A stretch of 64,000 bases of DNA from the human T2T-CHM13v2.0 reference genome, Homo sapiens (GCA_009914755.4 CP068257.2:24192001-24256000); one strand, 5' to 3'. Shown: positions 46,646-63,490, counted from the stretch's first letter. Numbers and translations are program-made. The notes: a model not told the origin generated them from the sequence alone.

Positions 46646-46881
46646 TACATGAAAACACCATTTTATACAAATTGAAGACACATCTTAAAAGAAGGGTTTG
46701 TCCAGGCATGCCTTCCTCATCCCCTTATATTGCCACTTCCATTTTCATCTTCTTTTGTATCATAAATGAAACTTCAGACTGGTTAAAGAAAATTGAATCT
46801 GCCTCTTCTCCCCACCCAAAATTACTTCGATTATTTAATGTCTGTAGTCATCCTTCAAAGAAAAGTCTTGCCCGGGGTTAT

Positions 46882-46896
46882 TTTATTTAATTTATT
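46882..46896 (-). promoter_or_regulatory. APP: Proximal (alternative) polyadenylation signal cluster, two overlapping AATAAA motifs, about 250 nt upstream of the distal one in transcript sense
   Basis: + strand ggttattttatttaatttatttatgtaa = gene strand ttacataaataaattaaataaaataacc. APP is known to use two poly(A) sites about 0.25 kb apart. Confidence 0.6.
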
Positions 46897-47741
46897 TATG
46901 TAATACAGTGTAGAAAGCGATCATGTCATAAGCAATGATTCTGTACAATCATCCTGCAGAAAATTGTTTTGGAGAATTCTTGGTAATTGAAGACCAGCAG
47001 AGCACCCCTCCCCACCCGCCCCGTAAAAGTGCTTACAATGAACAGGGATTCTTTTCTTTATCAAAGACCCAAAGATACGTGGACAAAAAAAGAAAAGCTT
47101 GAAGTCTCAATGCCTAATGTGTGCACATAAAACAGGCACGAAGAAACAAACGTGTGTATCCTCTTAATTCCTATATCACAAATATAGCAGAAGCAGCAAT
47201 CTGTACAGTAAAATGCAGTCATGGAAAAAAAATCTCTCTAAAGCATCTGAAATACTTAAAAATGTTTAACTTTAAAATGCATAGTGATCAGGAAAGGAAT
47301 ACTTAGGCAAGAGAAGCAGCTGAACTCCCACGTTCACATGAAGCATCCCCCATCGATTCTTAAAGCATATGTAAAGTAGGACTTAATTGGGTCACAAACC
47401 ACAAGAATAATATACAACTGGCTAAGGGGCTATGTGATAAATAATCAGGAGAGAATCTATTCATGCACTAGTTTGATACAGCTAAATTCTTTACAGTACA
47501 CAAAACCCATTAATAATGTAGTATAGAGACCAAAATGTAAAGAGAGATAGAATACATTACTGATGTGTGGATTAATTCAAGTTCAGGCATCTACTTGTGT
47601 TACAGCACAGCTGTCAAAAGGCGATAATGAGTAAATCATAAAACGGGTTTGTTTCTTCCCACATTATTCTATAAATGGACACCGATGGGTAGTGAAGCAA
47701 TGGTTTTGCTGTCCAACTTCAGAGGCTGCTGTGGCGGGGGT

Positions 47742-47888
<147 letters not shown>

Positions 47889-49188
47889 TTAAGGGTGAAC
47901 ATGGAGAAGCAGTAAAAAGATAAGGAGTACAGTACTCTTCTTTTGCCAAGATTGCAGAACACCCATAATTTTCTCCCCCACTTTGACATCTTGGAGCAGA
48001 ACGCCTTTGCCCACCAGTTACACAGATGCTGTGCTCCATGTAGCCACCAGGTGGCGGTGGAAACCTTGACGCGCTTGCAAAGTGTCCAGTGGTTGTTTCT
48101 GGTTCCCCAACTCCACAGTAAGTGGATAAACCCAGTGCAATGGTATTTTTTCCTCCCCTGTTGGGTCCATAAAGGACAAACAGAGTCAACGGAAGCCTGT
48201 TTTACGTGGAAGTGTTTTGGTAAAATAGATAAAACCACAAGAGTATCATGGAGGGAGATTCAGCAAAGTATACTGTATCTTGGGTGACACTCAAATCTGT
48301 GTAGAAAAATACTCGATTTCCTGGACTGCTGAATTTAGTCTAGCCCGTTTCTATCAAATTTTATGTTTGTTAAAATGTTAAGGAGAGGTTTGAGAATCAA
48401 TTAAAACAATAACATATACCAAAGGGGGCTATTATTTGGCACAAGAAAAAAGGAAGAGCAAGGACGACGCCATTCTAGATGATGTAATTTTTTAAAAACT
48501 GAGAATTAAGATACTATAGAAGTATGTTCAGCTCAAAGTTTAAAATCAGACCCTCTCTGTTAATATGTTGCTTTACCTCTAAGGTCAGGCCAGTAACTGA
48601 AGACGTTTTTCTCCCCCTGTCACTGTTAGAGCTGTGTGTGGCATTTACTGTCTGCAGGTTGGGCAGGGTACTTACCCCTACAACGTGGGCAGTGGCTGTT
48701 CTTGTTTTACTATATTTGTTATACCTCTCCCCGTTCGCAGAAGAGAGGAGGTCCTTAACTCTGCTGAATGAGTATGTTAAAATTCCTCTTTTGTAAAACC
48801 ATGGTAAGATGAAGAGAATAAATAGAAAGTCATCAGAATGAAGAGGCATGTTTTCCAGAGAAAAGTTTGGATGTACCATAGAGAAGATATTCCTTCAAAG
48901 GGATATTTCCTAGAATGGGCTGCTCATTCATCTCTGGGAGAATACTGCAGGCCCATTCCCCCTTGTTGAGTGTTGCCAAGTGACATTCCTCCCTTATGCA
49001 GCTTTTCCCCCTACACACCCCATCTGGCATGGATCTGAGCCTACACAGCAATGCCCCTGAAGCCAAGGAAGAAAAAGTACCAGCGAGGATGTAGTGTCAG
49101 CAGTAAGACATGAGGTCTCGAGATGGAGCTAGATATGTCATGACTAGACCACACTGGCTGATAACAATTCAGACTAAAAGATCTGTCA

Positions 49189-49794
<606 letters not shown>

Positions 49795-49918
49795 TCAGTA
49801 TAATCAGGTCCCCTGTGGTCCCTTCGGATAGCCCCACTTCATGAAGTGATTGACTCTTTTCAGTCTGGGAGTGAGGTGGAATGACTACCAGTGGCTAATC
49901 CCAAGGCAGCTGGAATAG

Positions 49919-50246
<328 letters not shown>

Positions 50247-52471
50247 ATGTGCCCCGATTCTTACGTTTCCATTTATGGAAGAGACTGTGCGCCACTGTGA
50301 ATCCCTCCCATCTACCACCCTGTGGCTCAGAGCTGCCTGAGTTCCCCTGCATCCAAACCCTCAGCTTACTCCAATGACAGACCTAGGCATCTCCCCTTAG
50401 CACACTCCCACCAACAAGCTCTGACCAAGGCCAGTACTCAGAGGACTCTGCTCAAATGGATGCTCAGCTTCACTGTCCTTCTGGGAGCAAATCACAGATA
50501 TTTTCCTTATCCTCTCCTCTTTCCTTTGCTGTGCACTGTTGTCAACAAATGAGGTCACCTGGCTTTAACTGGTAACTGTGTAATTAGCCTCCAACTTGTA
50601 AGTTAAAAACCATGGTTAAAGATTAGCACCAATAATGAGAGATTTCATTCACTCTGTAAATCTGTGTGCCAGGAGACAGCCTATCTGCAGCAGTACGCCA
50701 TTTGAACTTGGGCATCATTTTTGCTCCCCATCACCTCGAAACTGAGAACTCAAAGAATGCCCAGGTTAAAAAAAATTATCTTGCTTAGGAGATCAAGCAC
50801 AAAGCTGCTATGTTTCTGATTGTAGAAAAAAGCCACAATGCTGCTTGATTGTTGGAATATTATACTTTTATTTCTTCCAGGAGGCACATCTACCATCACA
50901 CTGGCTGTCAACAATCATTTGCATGCATCAAGGGCAGGGGAACACCTGGCAATTTGATAGGTTTATCTCCTCTTCAAACTCCAAAGCCTAACGCTTAAGA
51001 GTGCCCTGCTAGAGATGCGAGGCTCCAAGGCTGGTGCACAATCCAGACCTCTAACTCTCCTGTCTTTTCTTGGCTTCTGTTTTGCTACTTGATAATCCTA
51101 TTACCTTTTGCCACTGAGAGGACAGCTACATTTTGCCATTCCTGCCATGGGGCAGCTTGGCCCTCAGACCTTAGAGGGCTTAGGAGCTACAGAAGAAGGG
51201 ATTATCTTGACAAAAGGGCATCCAAGGAGTATGGATTGGATCTTTAATCTCCAGCCCCTTGAAAGCTAGATGCGAAAATCTGAGTACTCATGTCTATGGA
51301 TAAAGGAGGAGCACCAAGTAAGGGTAGCCTTCCTCTCCAGCAGGCTCACCAATCTCTTCCTCATGGCTAAGCTACAGCAGTGGCATGGGCCACCATGTGA
51401 AGGCCAGCCCTACCACGACACTGTGCAGACAGGGCCTCTGCACAGACACAATATTATTTCCCTTAAAGCAGAGCCAGGGAGGGTTTGAGCCCATGGTGCT
51501 TGTTCTGGAAGGAATGATAAGACAATGAAGTCAGAATTTCCATTTTCCAACTGGGCAGGAACATCTGTCACTTGCTGGGATGAAGACACACATACATACA
51601 ACCACTGAATATTCATTCTCTTCCCAGACTGCCTGGATTACACAGCAGCAGGAAATGATCTGAGGTCTTCATGTGACTCTCGGTACGCTGCACCTTCCTG
51701 AGACCTGGACCCCTGCACTGCATGGTGGCATGGCTTCAACTGGCTGCTGCCTATGACACACGCTGAAAAGAGCTGAGCCCAAATAGCCTGACCAGCCTTG
51801 TTCTAAAATAGCTTTGAGGAGAACGTTTGACACTCTTTGGCTAACCTCCATACCCCCTGACCCTTTTCTCCCTGAACTTGATTCATTGGAACCATTTAGT
51901 CCTTCACTGTATCCAGAGTAATTTAGAGCTCAGCTATCCGCCTGCAGGGACAAGATTCTATTTGGGTGACCTTAGTTTCTAGGTCTCCTCCTATTGCCCC
52001 TAGAGTATTTACATGCGGGTGTGTGAGCTTGGAGGAGAGGCAGGAAACACCACGTTTACATTTTATTATGTACAGTAACCAGCAGGATGTGGATTAATAG
52101 ATGTCCTTTTATACAAGGGACTGAGTCAGGCCAAACGACAGAATCCTGTCATTGAGATGGACCAGACGAGTAAAGGAGGGTAAGGGAACTAAGGCGAACA
52201 ATACAACAATAGTGTGACACATCAAAGGAGCCACAAGTCTGCGGAAAAAAAAAATAAAAGCAAAGAAAATAGGAAGTTTTCAAGCTAGTGACTTATCCCT
52301 CGTAACCTCCCAGTAACTGCCTGCTACCTAGTTGTATAGATGCTTGTTTTCCTAATTTTGATGCCATCTCTCTATAGTTATATATAACTAGAAGGCAGTT
52401 GACTATGTTTATGGCCAACATCAAGCAATTCTTCAGGCAGGTTCAGGAACTCCTTTGCTATCCCTTCATAA

Positions 52472-52791
<320 letters not shown>

Positions 52792-53654
52792 TGATCTTCC
52801 AATTTCTCTTCCTGCTGCTCACTGTAAGCCACTCCTAGGTTCTGCACCCCCCCTCACTTTTCCTTATCGTGGCTTTCCATTCAACCTGACCACTCTCTCC
52901 AACTACTCTACAATGCCAACGTCAGTGCGTCTGTATCCTGGTGGGTCAGCTTCTGGCCGGGAAGAAAGGACCTCTAAGGACATCTTTTTATACAGTCACC
53001 AGTGTGACAGCATATTACTTAGAAAAAGTCATATGCCATACCTCCATAAAAGCCAAATAAAAGGAACTCTCTTCTTATTTAGATCATTAATGAGATAACC
53101 AGGAGGTGGGGGCGGGGAGACTTCTGGTGTTCAAGTGATCACATCTGTGAGAGGAAAAGTTTTTCACATCCTATAATAAAGAGAAGCTGTGCCCCCAACT
53201 TCTCCTTATTAAAGGTGACATGTCTGGGGAGAGTAGCAGAAAGAGCTACAATACGTATTTTTAAATATCCAGTGTCTATGTATGTGAATGTAGAAAAGTA
53301 CCGCTTGCTACTAAACAGATCCTGGGATTAGTGGGCTTTGCAGGAACGTCCTAAAACAGGAGCAAGGTGGTTAATTCAGCTAGTGCTGAGATTTCCAGCC
53401 ACCAGAGGGCTATTCTGACATGGAGGGCACATTTGGGGAGTGGTAATAATAAAGGGCTATTGCTTCACTGCTTGAAGCACCAATAAGGCACAGTTACCTC
53501 CTTGGGAAAGCGTGGCCAATGGCTCACAGAGTGACTCTCTGGCCTTATGGCTAAGTAAATTCAGTAAGTCAATATTTCCTGCTTATTTGAAAAAAAAAAA
53601 AAAAAAAAAAACCAACAACTAGCAAGTGCTCATTTCCAAATGCTAACAACTCTA

Positions 53655-54003
53655 CCAATAAAAATACAGTTATGGGCCACATAATGACATTTTAGTCCAC
53701 GACAGACCAAACATATGATGGTGGCCCCATAATACCGTATTTTTTACTGTACCTTTTCTAGTTTGTTTAGATACGCAAATCCCTGCCAGTGTGTTACAAC
53801 TGTCTATAGTATTCAGTGCAGCAATATGCTGCACAGGTGTGGAGCCTAGGAGCAATAGTTGTAGGTGTGTAGCCCAGGTGTGTAGCAGGCTATACCATCT
53901 AGATTTATGTACATGTACTTTATGATGTTTGCACAGCGATCAAACCGCCCCATGCCACATTTCTCAGAACGTTCTCTCCACTGTGAAGTGGTATGTGACT
54001 GTT
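53655..54003 (-). mobile_element. Internally deleted Tigger3-like (TcMar-Tigger) non-autonomous element in APP intron 17
   Basis: tacagttatgggccacataatgacattttagtccacgacagacc...ccataat... then ...gtattcagtgcagcaatatgctgcacaggtgtggagcctaggagcaatag...gctataccatctagatttatgtacatgtactttatgatgtttgcacagcgatcaaaccgcc...ttctcagaacgt...gtgactgt. This matches both ends of the remembered Tigger3 consensus with the middle missing. Confidence 0.55.
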
Positions 54004-55631
54004 CTAGGCTTGTTTCATTTATACATTTGTTCTCAGTTTTTTTTTTCCTAGGGTTCCTATCTCTGTGATCTTCTGCGGGCATTTTTCACTCTAAAAACAA
54101 AAAATCTCCTGGAAACCAAAGCTTTCATCATGACTTCTTCAGGCACGATGGTATGTAAGTACAATGGTATTCTGTCCTGAGTGACTGAGGTGAGTCCAAC
54201 TGGAAATATTGATGTACTCATTTTTGTTCTTACTGAAGTAGGGTTACTGATTAATGAAGGTTAGCCAGAGCCGGAAATAAAGGTATTTCCATGTACTTGA
54301 GGGTGAGAGTGCCTGTTAAGGTAGGAAGAGGATGTTGCAGAAGCATCACTTCTGTGGGTGCAGACGCTGGAATGCTAAGAAAAATGGTGCTCTGAAAGCC
54401 CACCGTGCTCTCTCACCTGGGAACATGCCTAGGCTGGGTTGCAACTCCCTGTGTTCAGGTTCTACCATCCCAGCTAAACTACATCTTTTTTGAGGACAGA
54501 AAAGCGGAATGTGGTCTATTTCAACATTGCTGTACAGACACACTATGGGGCTGCACAGAGGGCTGCTTTCAGGAAGGACAGTCACAAAGGTCTTGAGGGG
54601 AAGGAGCTGAGAGGAAATAAACAAAACAAACACGAATGAGGTGGAGCCCCTCATCTAGAAAGGCTTCCAGTTGCTCTCCAGTAGACAGCAAAATGAGGAG
54701 AGAAGAGCTGAACAGCCATCCTTCCCGATTTTGCTCCTGCAAGGATACCTCCTGGCTTAAAAATTAATGTCAGAATCTGGGTCAAAGTGTCAACTTCTCC
54801 TCTGACATTTTAAGTCCAATGAGACACTGCTTGGTAAACTGACTAAAAAAAAGAGCGTTTTAATTCAGGCAGCTGGAAGAGCACTTAAAAGGCAACCGGT
54901 TATCTGGGAGGTGAGAGATACCATTTTCCACTCCCTGAGGCTTGCGCGGAGAACTAAAAGGAAGGAGTGTTAAAATGATGTGTCAGGGATTCTCAAATCC
55001 GACTGCACATCTCATTCATTTGGGGAAATTTTCAACACTCAGATTCGCAGCCTCCTATTTGGGGATTCTTTTTCCTTAGGTCTGAGGTAGGACCTGGTCT
55101 CACGCACAGCCAGGGGAAGGAGCTCCAGGTGGAGGCCTTGCTTTTATGCTCAGCATCACTGGGGTCTGTTACGGGCTAAAACGTGTCCCCCTAAAATTCA
55201 TATGTTGAAGTCCTAAGCTGCCAGTACCTCCACCTGTGACTGTATTTGCAGATAGGGTCGAAGAGGTTATTAAAGTTAAACAAGGTCATCAGGGTTGATC
55301 CTAATCCACTATGACTGGTGTCCTTGTAGGAAGAGGTTAGGACACAGCAGAAAAACAGAGTGAAGGTCATGTGAAGATACAGGGAGCAGACAGGCGTCTG
55401 CAAACCAAGGAGAGATGCCTGGGGAGGAACCAACCTGGCTGATACCTTGATCTTACACTCCAGAAATGTGAGAGGGTAAATTTCTGTTGCTTAATCCACC
55501 CATCTGTGTTACTTTGTTATGGAAGCCCGAGGAAGCCAAGTCTTTGGCCTCTGGCATCAAAGAAGGCAACTTCAACGGACAGACCGGCAACAAAGAGAAT
55601 TATATTAAATAAACTAAAAAGTGCTCTTGAA

Positions 55632-56012
<381 letters not shown>

Positions 56013-56440
56013 TCAAGTATGAAGACATCTTTATTTGCTCAAATATGGAATTAAATTTTTTTAAAAATTAATTTGAGCAGAAATGAAATAAGCTGATACT
56101 AATGAAAACCTATCTTACACTGTTTTGAGGGACATAAGCTTAGATACTATCACAAAAGGTGCAATGGCCAAACATGACAGTGGGGTCATTGCTTTTATGT
56201 GCTCACACTCTGATCTATGGGTCAGTCCGTTCCTTTCCACCCTGCTGCCTGCTGTTCTCTTGGTTTCCTTCCTCACACTGCTCATCCACGTCAGTATGAA
56301 TGGGGAAATGAGGCTCCACCCCAATTTCCATCAGCAGCTTCTGTTGTAGTCTGCAGAGGTTTTAATTGCTGAGCAAAATGAAATTTCTGGCTTCACCACA
56401 AATTTCATTTATTTAAACTCTGCCTGTCCTCTTCTAATCA

Positions 56441-56815
<375 letters not shown>

Positions 56816-57762
56816 AGCAATGGGGAATATGAGGGGAAATCTGGACTCTGAGCTTGACCTTGCATAATTTGAACCCTTCTGTCTCGGCCTCAGTTCCCTC
56901 ATCTACAAGATGAGAAGATCAATTTGATTGGTCATCATCAATAAATCTTTCAGCTCTAAAAATTCCATAACTCTTAAAATATCGCAATTAAATGTCACAC
57001 AAATTTTTCAGTTTCCCTGTGCATATAAAAGTTATGTTTACACTATACTCTCTGCAAGACAGTTTCCTAAAAAGTTGCATATACTGTGAGATTTTAACAC
57101 TTTTTCCCCCATCCAAATGGCATTTCAAATGCATAAAAATAACTTATTCGTAAATTTTCTTTCTCTCTTTCTTGTTTTAGTATAGCACCTTGAAACTAAG
57201 ATATTTCAGGTGGAAGTGCAGGGTAATAGGTTGCAGAACTCTCAAATAACAATCATGTATGTTTTGGTGGGCCATTTGGTATAGTGTGATTTCCTGAGAA
57301 ACTTTAAAGGTAAGAGTCTGCACTGAAAAGTCACATTATTTACTATTACCTGGTTGTATTGAGAGGCCAGACTATTTAAGACAAAAGAAATCCAAGAATA
57401 AACATGTTTAGTTTTTTTGGAAAAAGCAACTTCCTACTTCTATTTTTATTTTTAACTTCTTGTACTGGTTTTTGTTGCTTGTGTTTGAAAAAAAAAAGTC
57501 TAAGAGTAATCATGCTTTTTTAAAGTCATGCATTATCATTTGTATTATTTTGATAACTTCAACACAAATTGTAAGTTGAGATAACAACACACACTCTCAA
57601 TACCTTGAGCAGAATATTCACGGTAAGTTGCAATGAATGAAAACCAAAACAAGAAAGAACAACTGTAACCCAAGCATCATGGAAGCACACTGATTCGTTT
57701 TTTAAAAGAGATACTTAGCTAGTTCTTAGCAAAAAGCTAAGCCTAATTCTCTCATAGTCTTA

Positions 57763-57957
<195 letters not shown>

Positions 57958-59718
57958 TTAAGAAAAAGAATTTTAATTTCTAAATGCAATATAATTTACA
58001 ATTTATAAACGCAATTAGAAGAATTTCATTTCTTAAATGCAGGGGACATTTGGATGAGGTTATATAAAAAGTTTCAGTATATTCTCTGCCCAACTGGTTG
58101 GTCAAATATTTGATGCTTACTTTAAAAAAAAAAAAAAAAAAGAAATCACATATTTTCCTACTAAGAATGATAATCATAGTTTATAGAAGGATGTACAACA
58201 TGTGGCTTCCCCAGTTCGAGGAAGTCTACTTTCCCCTCACAGGTCAAAACCGAAGTCTGCAGGGACCTGAAACCCTTTGACAGGTGGAACATTTGGTGAG
58301 TGGTGGGAAGATAGCGCTTGGATCTATCAAAAGCTGGAAAGGCACGATCCTACTAATGAAAGGAGGTCAGCATTTTCCTAGTCATAGCACTCTGAGCCCT
58401 GATGTGTGACTCTAAGTGACTGAGACTTAGGTGTTTTTCAACTCTGCAGATGTCCTAATTTCCTTGGAGGGACACTTTTAATGCACAGGAATAGGCATTC
58501 TGAAACAAAGGAGTTAAACAATAGAAAAAAAGATATCTTGTTACCTACTTTAGCTATAGTAATTCTGCAGAATTCTAATTAACCTTTAGCAGTGTAATGC
58601 TTTTTAAAGCATGTTATTTCAAAGTGAAGTACAGGCAACAAGAATTTTAAGTCACTCATAACTCATGCTTTCTAACTATTGTCTCCAGAAACCAAAATCT
58701 GAAATGTTGCTTTATTCTTGCTCTTTATTTGGATTAAACATAAAAATAATTTTGAGAACATTGTAAAGAAGGAATAAAATTTCATTTACTGCACTACATT
58801 GCTTCATACTGTTTATAAAAGCAAGTCATTATTTTTCAACTTTATCTACTTGAATGAAATTATAGAAGCACACCACAACTTTTATCATCTTGTTATATAA
58901 GGAGTTGATCTTATGCCAGATGAAGTAAAACTAAAGCTAAATATTACCACGTTTGCTCTGCAACTTAATGAAAATACAGGCATACATAGCTTTATTGTAC
59001 AGTAGTGCTTACAGATAGTATTTAAAAAAAAAAAACAAAACAAAGGTTTCTGGTAACCCTGCATCGAACAAGTCTATTGGTGCCATTTTTCCAACAGTGA
59101 ACACAGGTTCACTTCATGTCTGTGTCACATTTTGGTAATTATTTAAATATTCAAACATTAAAAATTATTATATCTGTTCGGTGATCTGTGATCAGTGGCC
59201 TTTGATGTTACTATTTTAATTGTTTTGGAGTGTCATGAAACATGCCCATAAAGACAGCAAACTAAATCAATAAATGTTGTGTGTGTTCTGTCTGCCCCCC
59301 AAACTGGCCACTCCACCCCCTCAACTCCCAGGCTCCCTATCCCTTGAGAGACAACAATATTGAAAGTGGGCCAGTAAATAACCCTACAGTGGCCTCTTAA
59401 GTATTCAAGTGAAAGGAAGAGTCACAGGTCTCTCACTTTAAAGCAAAAGCTAGAAATAATTAAGCTTAGTGAGCAAGGCATATTGAAAGCCAAGATTCTT
59501 GTGCCAGTTAGCCAAGTTGTGAATGCAAAGAAAAGCTCTTGAAGGAGATTAAAAGTGCTACTCCAGTGAGCACACAAATGATAAAGCAAAACAGCCTTAT
59601 TGCTGATACGGAGAAAACTTTTAGTTGTCTGGATGGAAGATCAAACCAACCACAACATTCTCTTAGGCCAAAGCCTAATCAAGAACAAGGCCCACAACTG
59701 TCTTCAATTCTATGAAGG

Positions 59719-60911
59719 ATGAGAGAGGTGAAGAAGCTGCAGAAGAAAAAAAAGTTGGGAGAGGTTGATTTCATGAGGTTTAAGGGAAGAAGCCATCTCC
59801 ATAACACAGAAGTGCAAGGCGAAGCAGCAAGTGCTGATGTAGAAGCTGCAATAAGTTATCCAGAAGATCTAGATAAGACTCCTGATGAAGGTGGCTACAC
59901 TAAATAACAGATTTTCAGTGGAGATGAAACAGACTTATTTGGAAGAAAATGCCATCTAGGACTTTCATCATTAGAGAGAAGTCCTGCCTTCAAAGCTTCA
60001 AAGAACAAGCTGACTCTCTTGTTAGGGGCTAATGCAGCTGGCGACTTTGTTTTTGAAGCCAAGACTGACCACTGTAAAAGTCCTAGGGCGCTTAAGAATT
60101 ATTCTAAATCTACTGTGCCCATGCTCTATAAATGGAACAAAACTGGGATGACAGCACATCTCTTAACAGCATGGTTTACTGAATATTTTAAACCCACTGT
60201 TGAGACCTACTGCTCAGAAAAGACTCATTTCAAAATATTACTGCTCACTAACAAAGCACCTAGTCACCCAAGAGCTCTGAAGGACAGGTACAGGGAGATT
60301 ACTGTTGTTTTCATGCCTGCTAACACAACATCCATTCTGCAGCCTGTGGATCAACTTTCAAGTCTTATTATTTCAGCCTCTTATTATTTCAAAATATATT
60401 TCAAATATATTTTGTAGGGCTATTCACTGCCATAGATAGCGATTCCTCTAATGGATCTGGGCAAAGTAAACTGCAAACCTTCTAAAAAGGATTCACCATT
60501 CCAGATGCCATTAAGAACATCTGTGATTCATGGGAGATCAAAACATCAGCAATAACAGGAGTTTGGAAGACGATGATTCCAACTCTCATGGGTGACTTTG
60601 AGGAGTTCAAGACTTCAGTAAAGGATGTCACTGCAGATGTGGTGGAAATAACAAGAGAACTAGAATTAGAAGTGGAGCCTAAAGACATGACTGAACTGCT
60701 ACCATCTCATGATCAAACTTGAATGGATGAGGAGTTACCTCTTATGGATGAGCAAAGAAAGTGGTTTCTTGCAATGGAATCTACTCTTGGTGAAGATGCT
60801 ATGAACACTGTTGAAATGACAACAAAGGATTTAGGATATCACATAAACTCGATGAAGCAGTGGCTAGATTTGCGAAGACTGACTCCAATTTTGAAAGCTG
60901 TTCTACTGTGA
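59719..60911 (+). pseudogene. Decayed Tigger1 transposase ORF (CENP-B/pogo-like DDE transposase), split into at least 3 frame segments
   Basis: ORF-track peptides at 59719..59907, 60019..60417 and 60723..60911 contain Tigger1 transposase segments (e.g. ...DEGGYTK..., [10 protein letters not shown]...[14 protein letters not shown], and MDEQRKWFLAMESTLGEDA...). They are separated by frameshifts or stops and have no intact start. Confidence 0.8.
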
Positions 60912-61253
60912 GCAAAATGCTATCAAACAGCATCACATGCTACAGAGACATCTTTTTGTGAAAGGAAGAGTCAATCGATGCAGCAAACTTCATTATTGTC
61001 TTATTTTAGGAAATTGCCACAGCCACCACAAACCTCAGCAGCCACCACCTGGATTAGCCTGCAGCAGTGAACATCAAGGCAAGATTCTCCACGAGCAAAA
61101 AGATTAGGACTTGCTGAAGACTCAGATGATCATTAGCATTTTTAGTAATAAAATATTTTACTAATAAAAGTAAAGTATATACATGGCTTTTTTTTTTTTT
61201 AGACATAATGCTATTGCACATGTAACAGACTAGAGTATAGTGTAAATACAAAC

Positions 61254-61678
<425 letters not shown>

Positions 61679-62493
61679 TAGTCAAATGACTGATTTTTCT
61701 AAGCTGAAACTAACATACTAGCAATCTGGAAAGGCAATATAAAATATAGCAAATGAAGCAACTTCTAAAAGTGTTTTACTCGTGGTTTATAACAAAATGA
61801 GAAATTGTTCATAATTATTCCCTTTACTAAACAAATATGCTAGCTCAACATTTTTATGAAAAGCAAATCATTAATTAGCTAATATACTAGTGTGAGGTAA
61901 TCAGGAATAAATACAAGTCTGGACATATGCCTGTGCCTTTAAGAAAATACTGTAATTTTGTAATATTCATTGCACTAATTATAATACATTATCTTAACTA
62001 GTCCAGTAGAGGGAGCTGATTCTCCTAATTGCTGCCGCTGCCATTAGTCACTGTCGCATTATAGGCGTTAGTGTAATTGTGGGGATGGGCTTATATGACA
62101 CAGGCCCCAGGCCCCGACAAATGCAAATCTGTACATTAATCGTCAGCTTTCTACCCCACCAACTCTTCAACTCTTTAGTGGTTCCCCAGTTTTTATTAAC
62201 CTCTTCAGCAACAGCCTCATCAAGAGAAACCCTGATCTTATAACAACTGATACTAGATTATCTTGCCAATGAAAACCATGCTTCAAAAAGCTAAATGTCT
62301 TTCTACAAAAAAAGAACTATGGGAGTTAAGAATGCAAATCCAAATCCCAAGTCAGTTTTTTATTTGCTACAATTATTTGGAGTCAAGTAAGGCATAAATA
62401 ATAATTTGGAGGTGTTTCTTTTAGAGATTAATACTAGGATTTATCAACTTTATGAATATTGAAAAGACATTTTCTGCTTGGAAAAAAGTAACA

Positions 62494-62513
62494 CTCACAC
62501 ACACACACACACA
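62494..62513. repeat. (CA)10 microsatellite followed by (AAAAC)n
   Basis: ctcacacacacacacacacacaaaacaaaacaaaag in APP intron 16. Confidence 0.85.
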
Positions 62514-63202
62514 AAACAAAACAAAAGAAGTGCCTGAGATAACTTTAAGTATTATTGCTATGGAAATTTTCTTACCATTTTTCTGTCCACCACTGAATGT
62601 GATAAAATTGTCGTCTTCATTAATTTAACCCTCTTACTGCACCTACTGATAAGATGGAACCCTAACATAATCCACGATTTGATTTATCTCCATTTCTAAG
62701 CTTTTGGTAAAGGATTTTATATAACTACTAGAGCTGACCACAAAGGAGATGTGGCTTTTTGATTTACTCCAATTCTAACATTAGGGGGGAAAAGTGATTT
62801 CATCTGAAAAGGAAGCTGCTGTCTTCTTTGCACAAACCTTTTGATGAATAACACTATCGGGAACATCATGGGGTCCTGCTCACTCCATGATCTTACTCTT
62901 GCAAGAGAAGTTAAATCATGGGAGGTAGGGGAGGGAATGAAAAGAAAGAGCTGGGGGAGAAATGAATGGGTAAAGGAAGACAGTTCCGGATGTGAATTTA
63001 AGCCACATAAAGTGTTCTGTAAAACCAAGCAGTGTATGCATGTGTTTGATCCTTCAAATAAACCTATTGTAAACCTATTTTCCCAGAAAACACAGTGGAA
63101 GTCAAAGTGGCTGCTATATTGAAATTAATTCCACTTTAAGTCCCGAGTCATGCACGAACTTTGCTGCCTTGTAGTCTGAAAGAACTATACATACAGCCTC
63201 TT

Positions 63203-63490
63203 TCTTTTCTTTTTTTTTTTTGGGATGGAGTCTCGCTCTGTCGCCTAGGCACGATCTCAGCTCACTGCAACCTCCACCTCCTGGGTTCAAGCAAGTCTCC
63301 TGCGTCAGCCTCCCCAGCAGCTGGGACTACAGGTGTTTGCCACCACACCCAGCTAATCTTTTTTGTATTTTTAGTAGAGATGGGGTTTCACCATATTGGC
63401 CAGGCTGGTCTCGAATTTCTGACCTCGTGATCCACCCGCCTTGGCCTCCCAAAGTGCTGGGATTACAGGCTTGAGCCACTGCGCTCAGCC
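63203..63490 (-). mobile_element. Alu (AluS-like) in APP intron 16, about 160 bp downstream (transcript sense) of the exon 16 donor, sense to APP
   Basis: T-rich head then gggatggagtctcgctctgtcgcctaggcacgatctcagctcactgcaacctccacctcctgggttcaagcaag...ggcttgagccactgcgctcagcc. Confidence 0.9.

Larger units (their letters stand above)
46615..47741 (-). other. APP: APP 3' UTR (about 1.1 kb) ending at the distal poly(A) site
   Basis: The RC of this interval matches the APP 3'UTR as I remember it (e.g. ...ctgtatcaaactagtgcatgaatagattctctcctgattatttatcacatagcccc... and the terminal tgtaaataaatacattcttggagg). The exact cleavage site is not determinable from sequence alone. Confidence 0.8.

Noticed and set aside
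60019-60417. 132-aa Tigger transposase-like ORF as a possible domesticated TIGD/POGK-type gene
   Set aside because: It sits inside a structurally intact Tigger1 copy with both termini. It is flanked by out-of-frame continuations of the same protein, with frameshifts. It lacks a start codon and the N-terminal DNA-binding region in frame. This is the pattern of a decayed transposon, not a domesticated gene.
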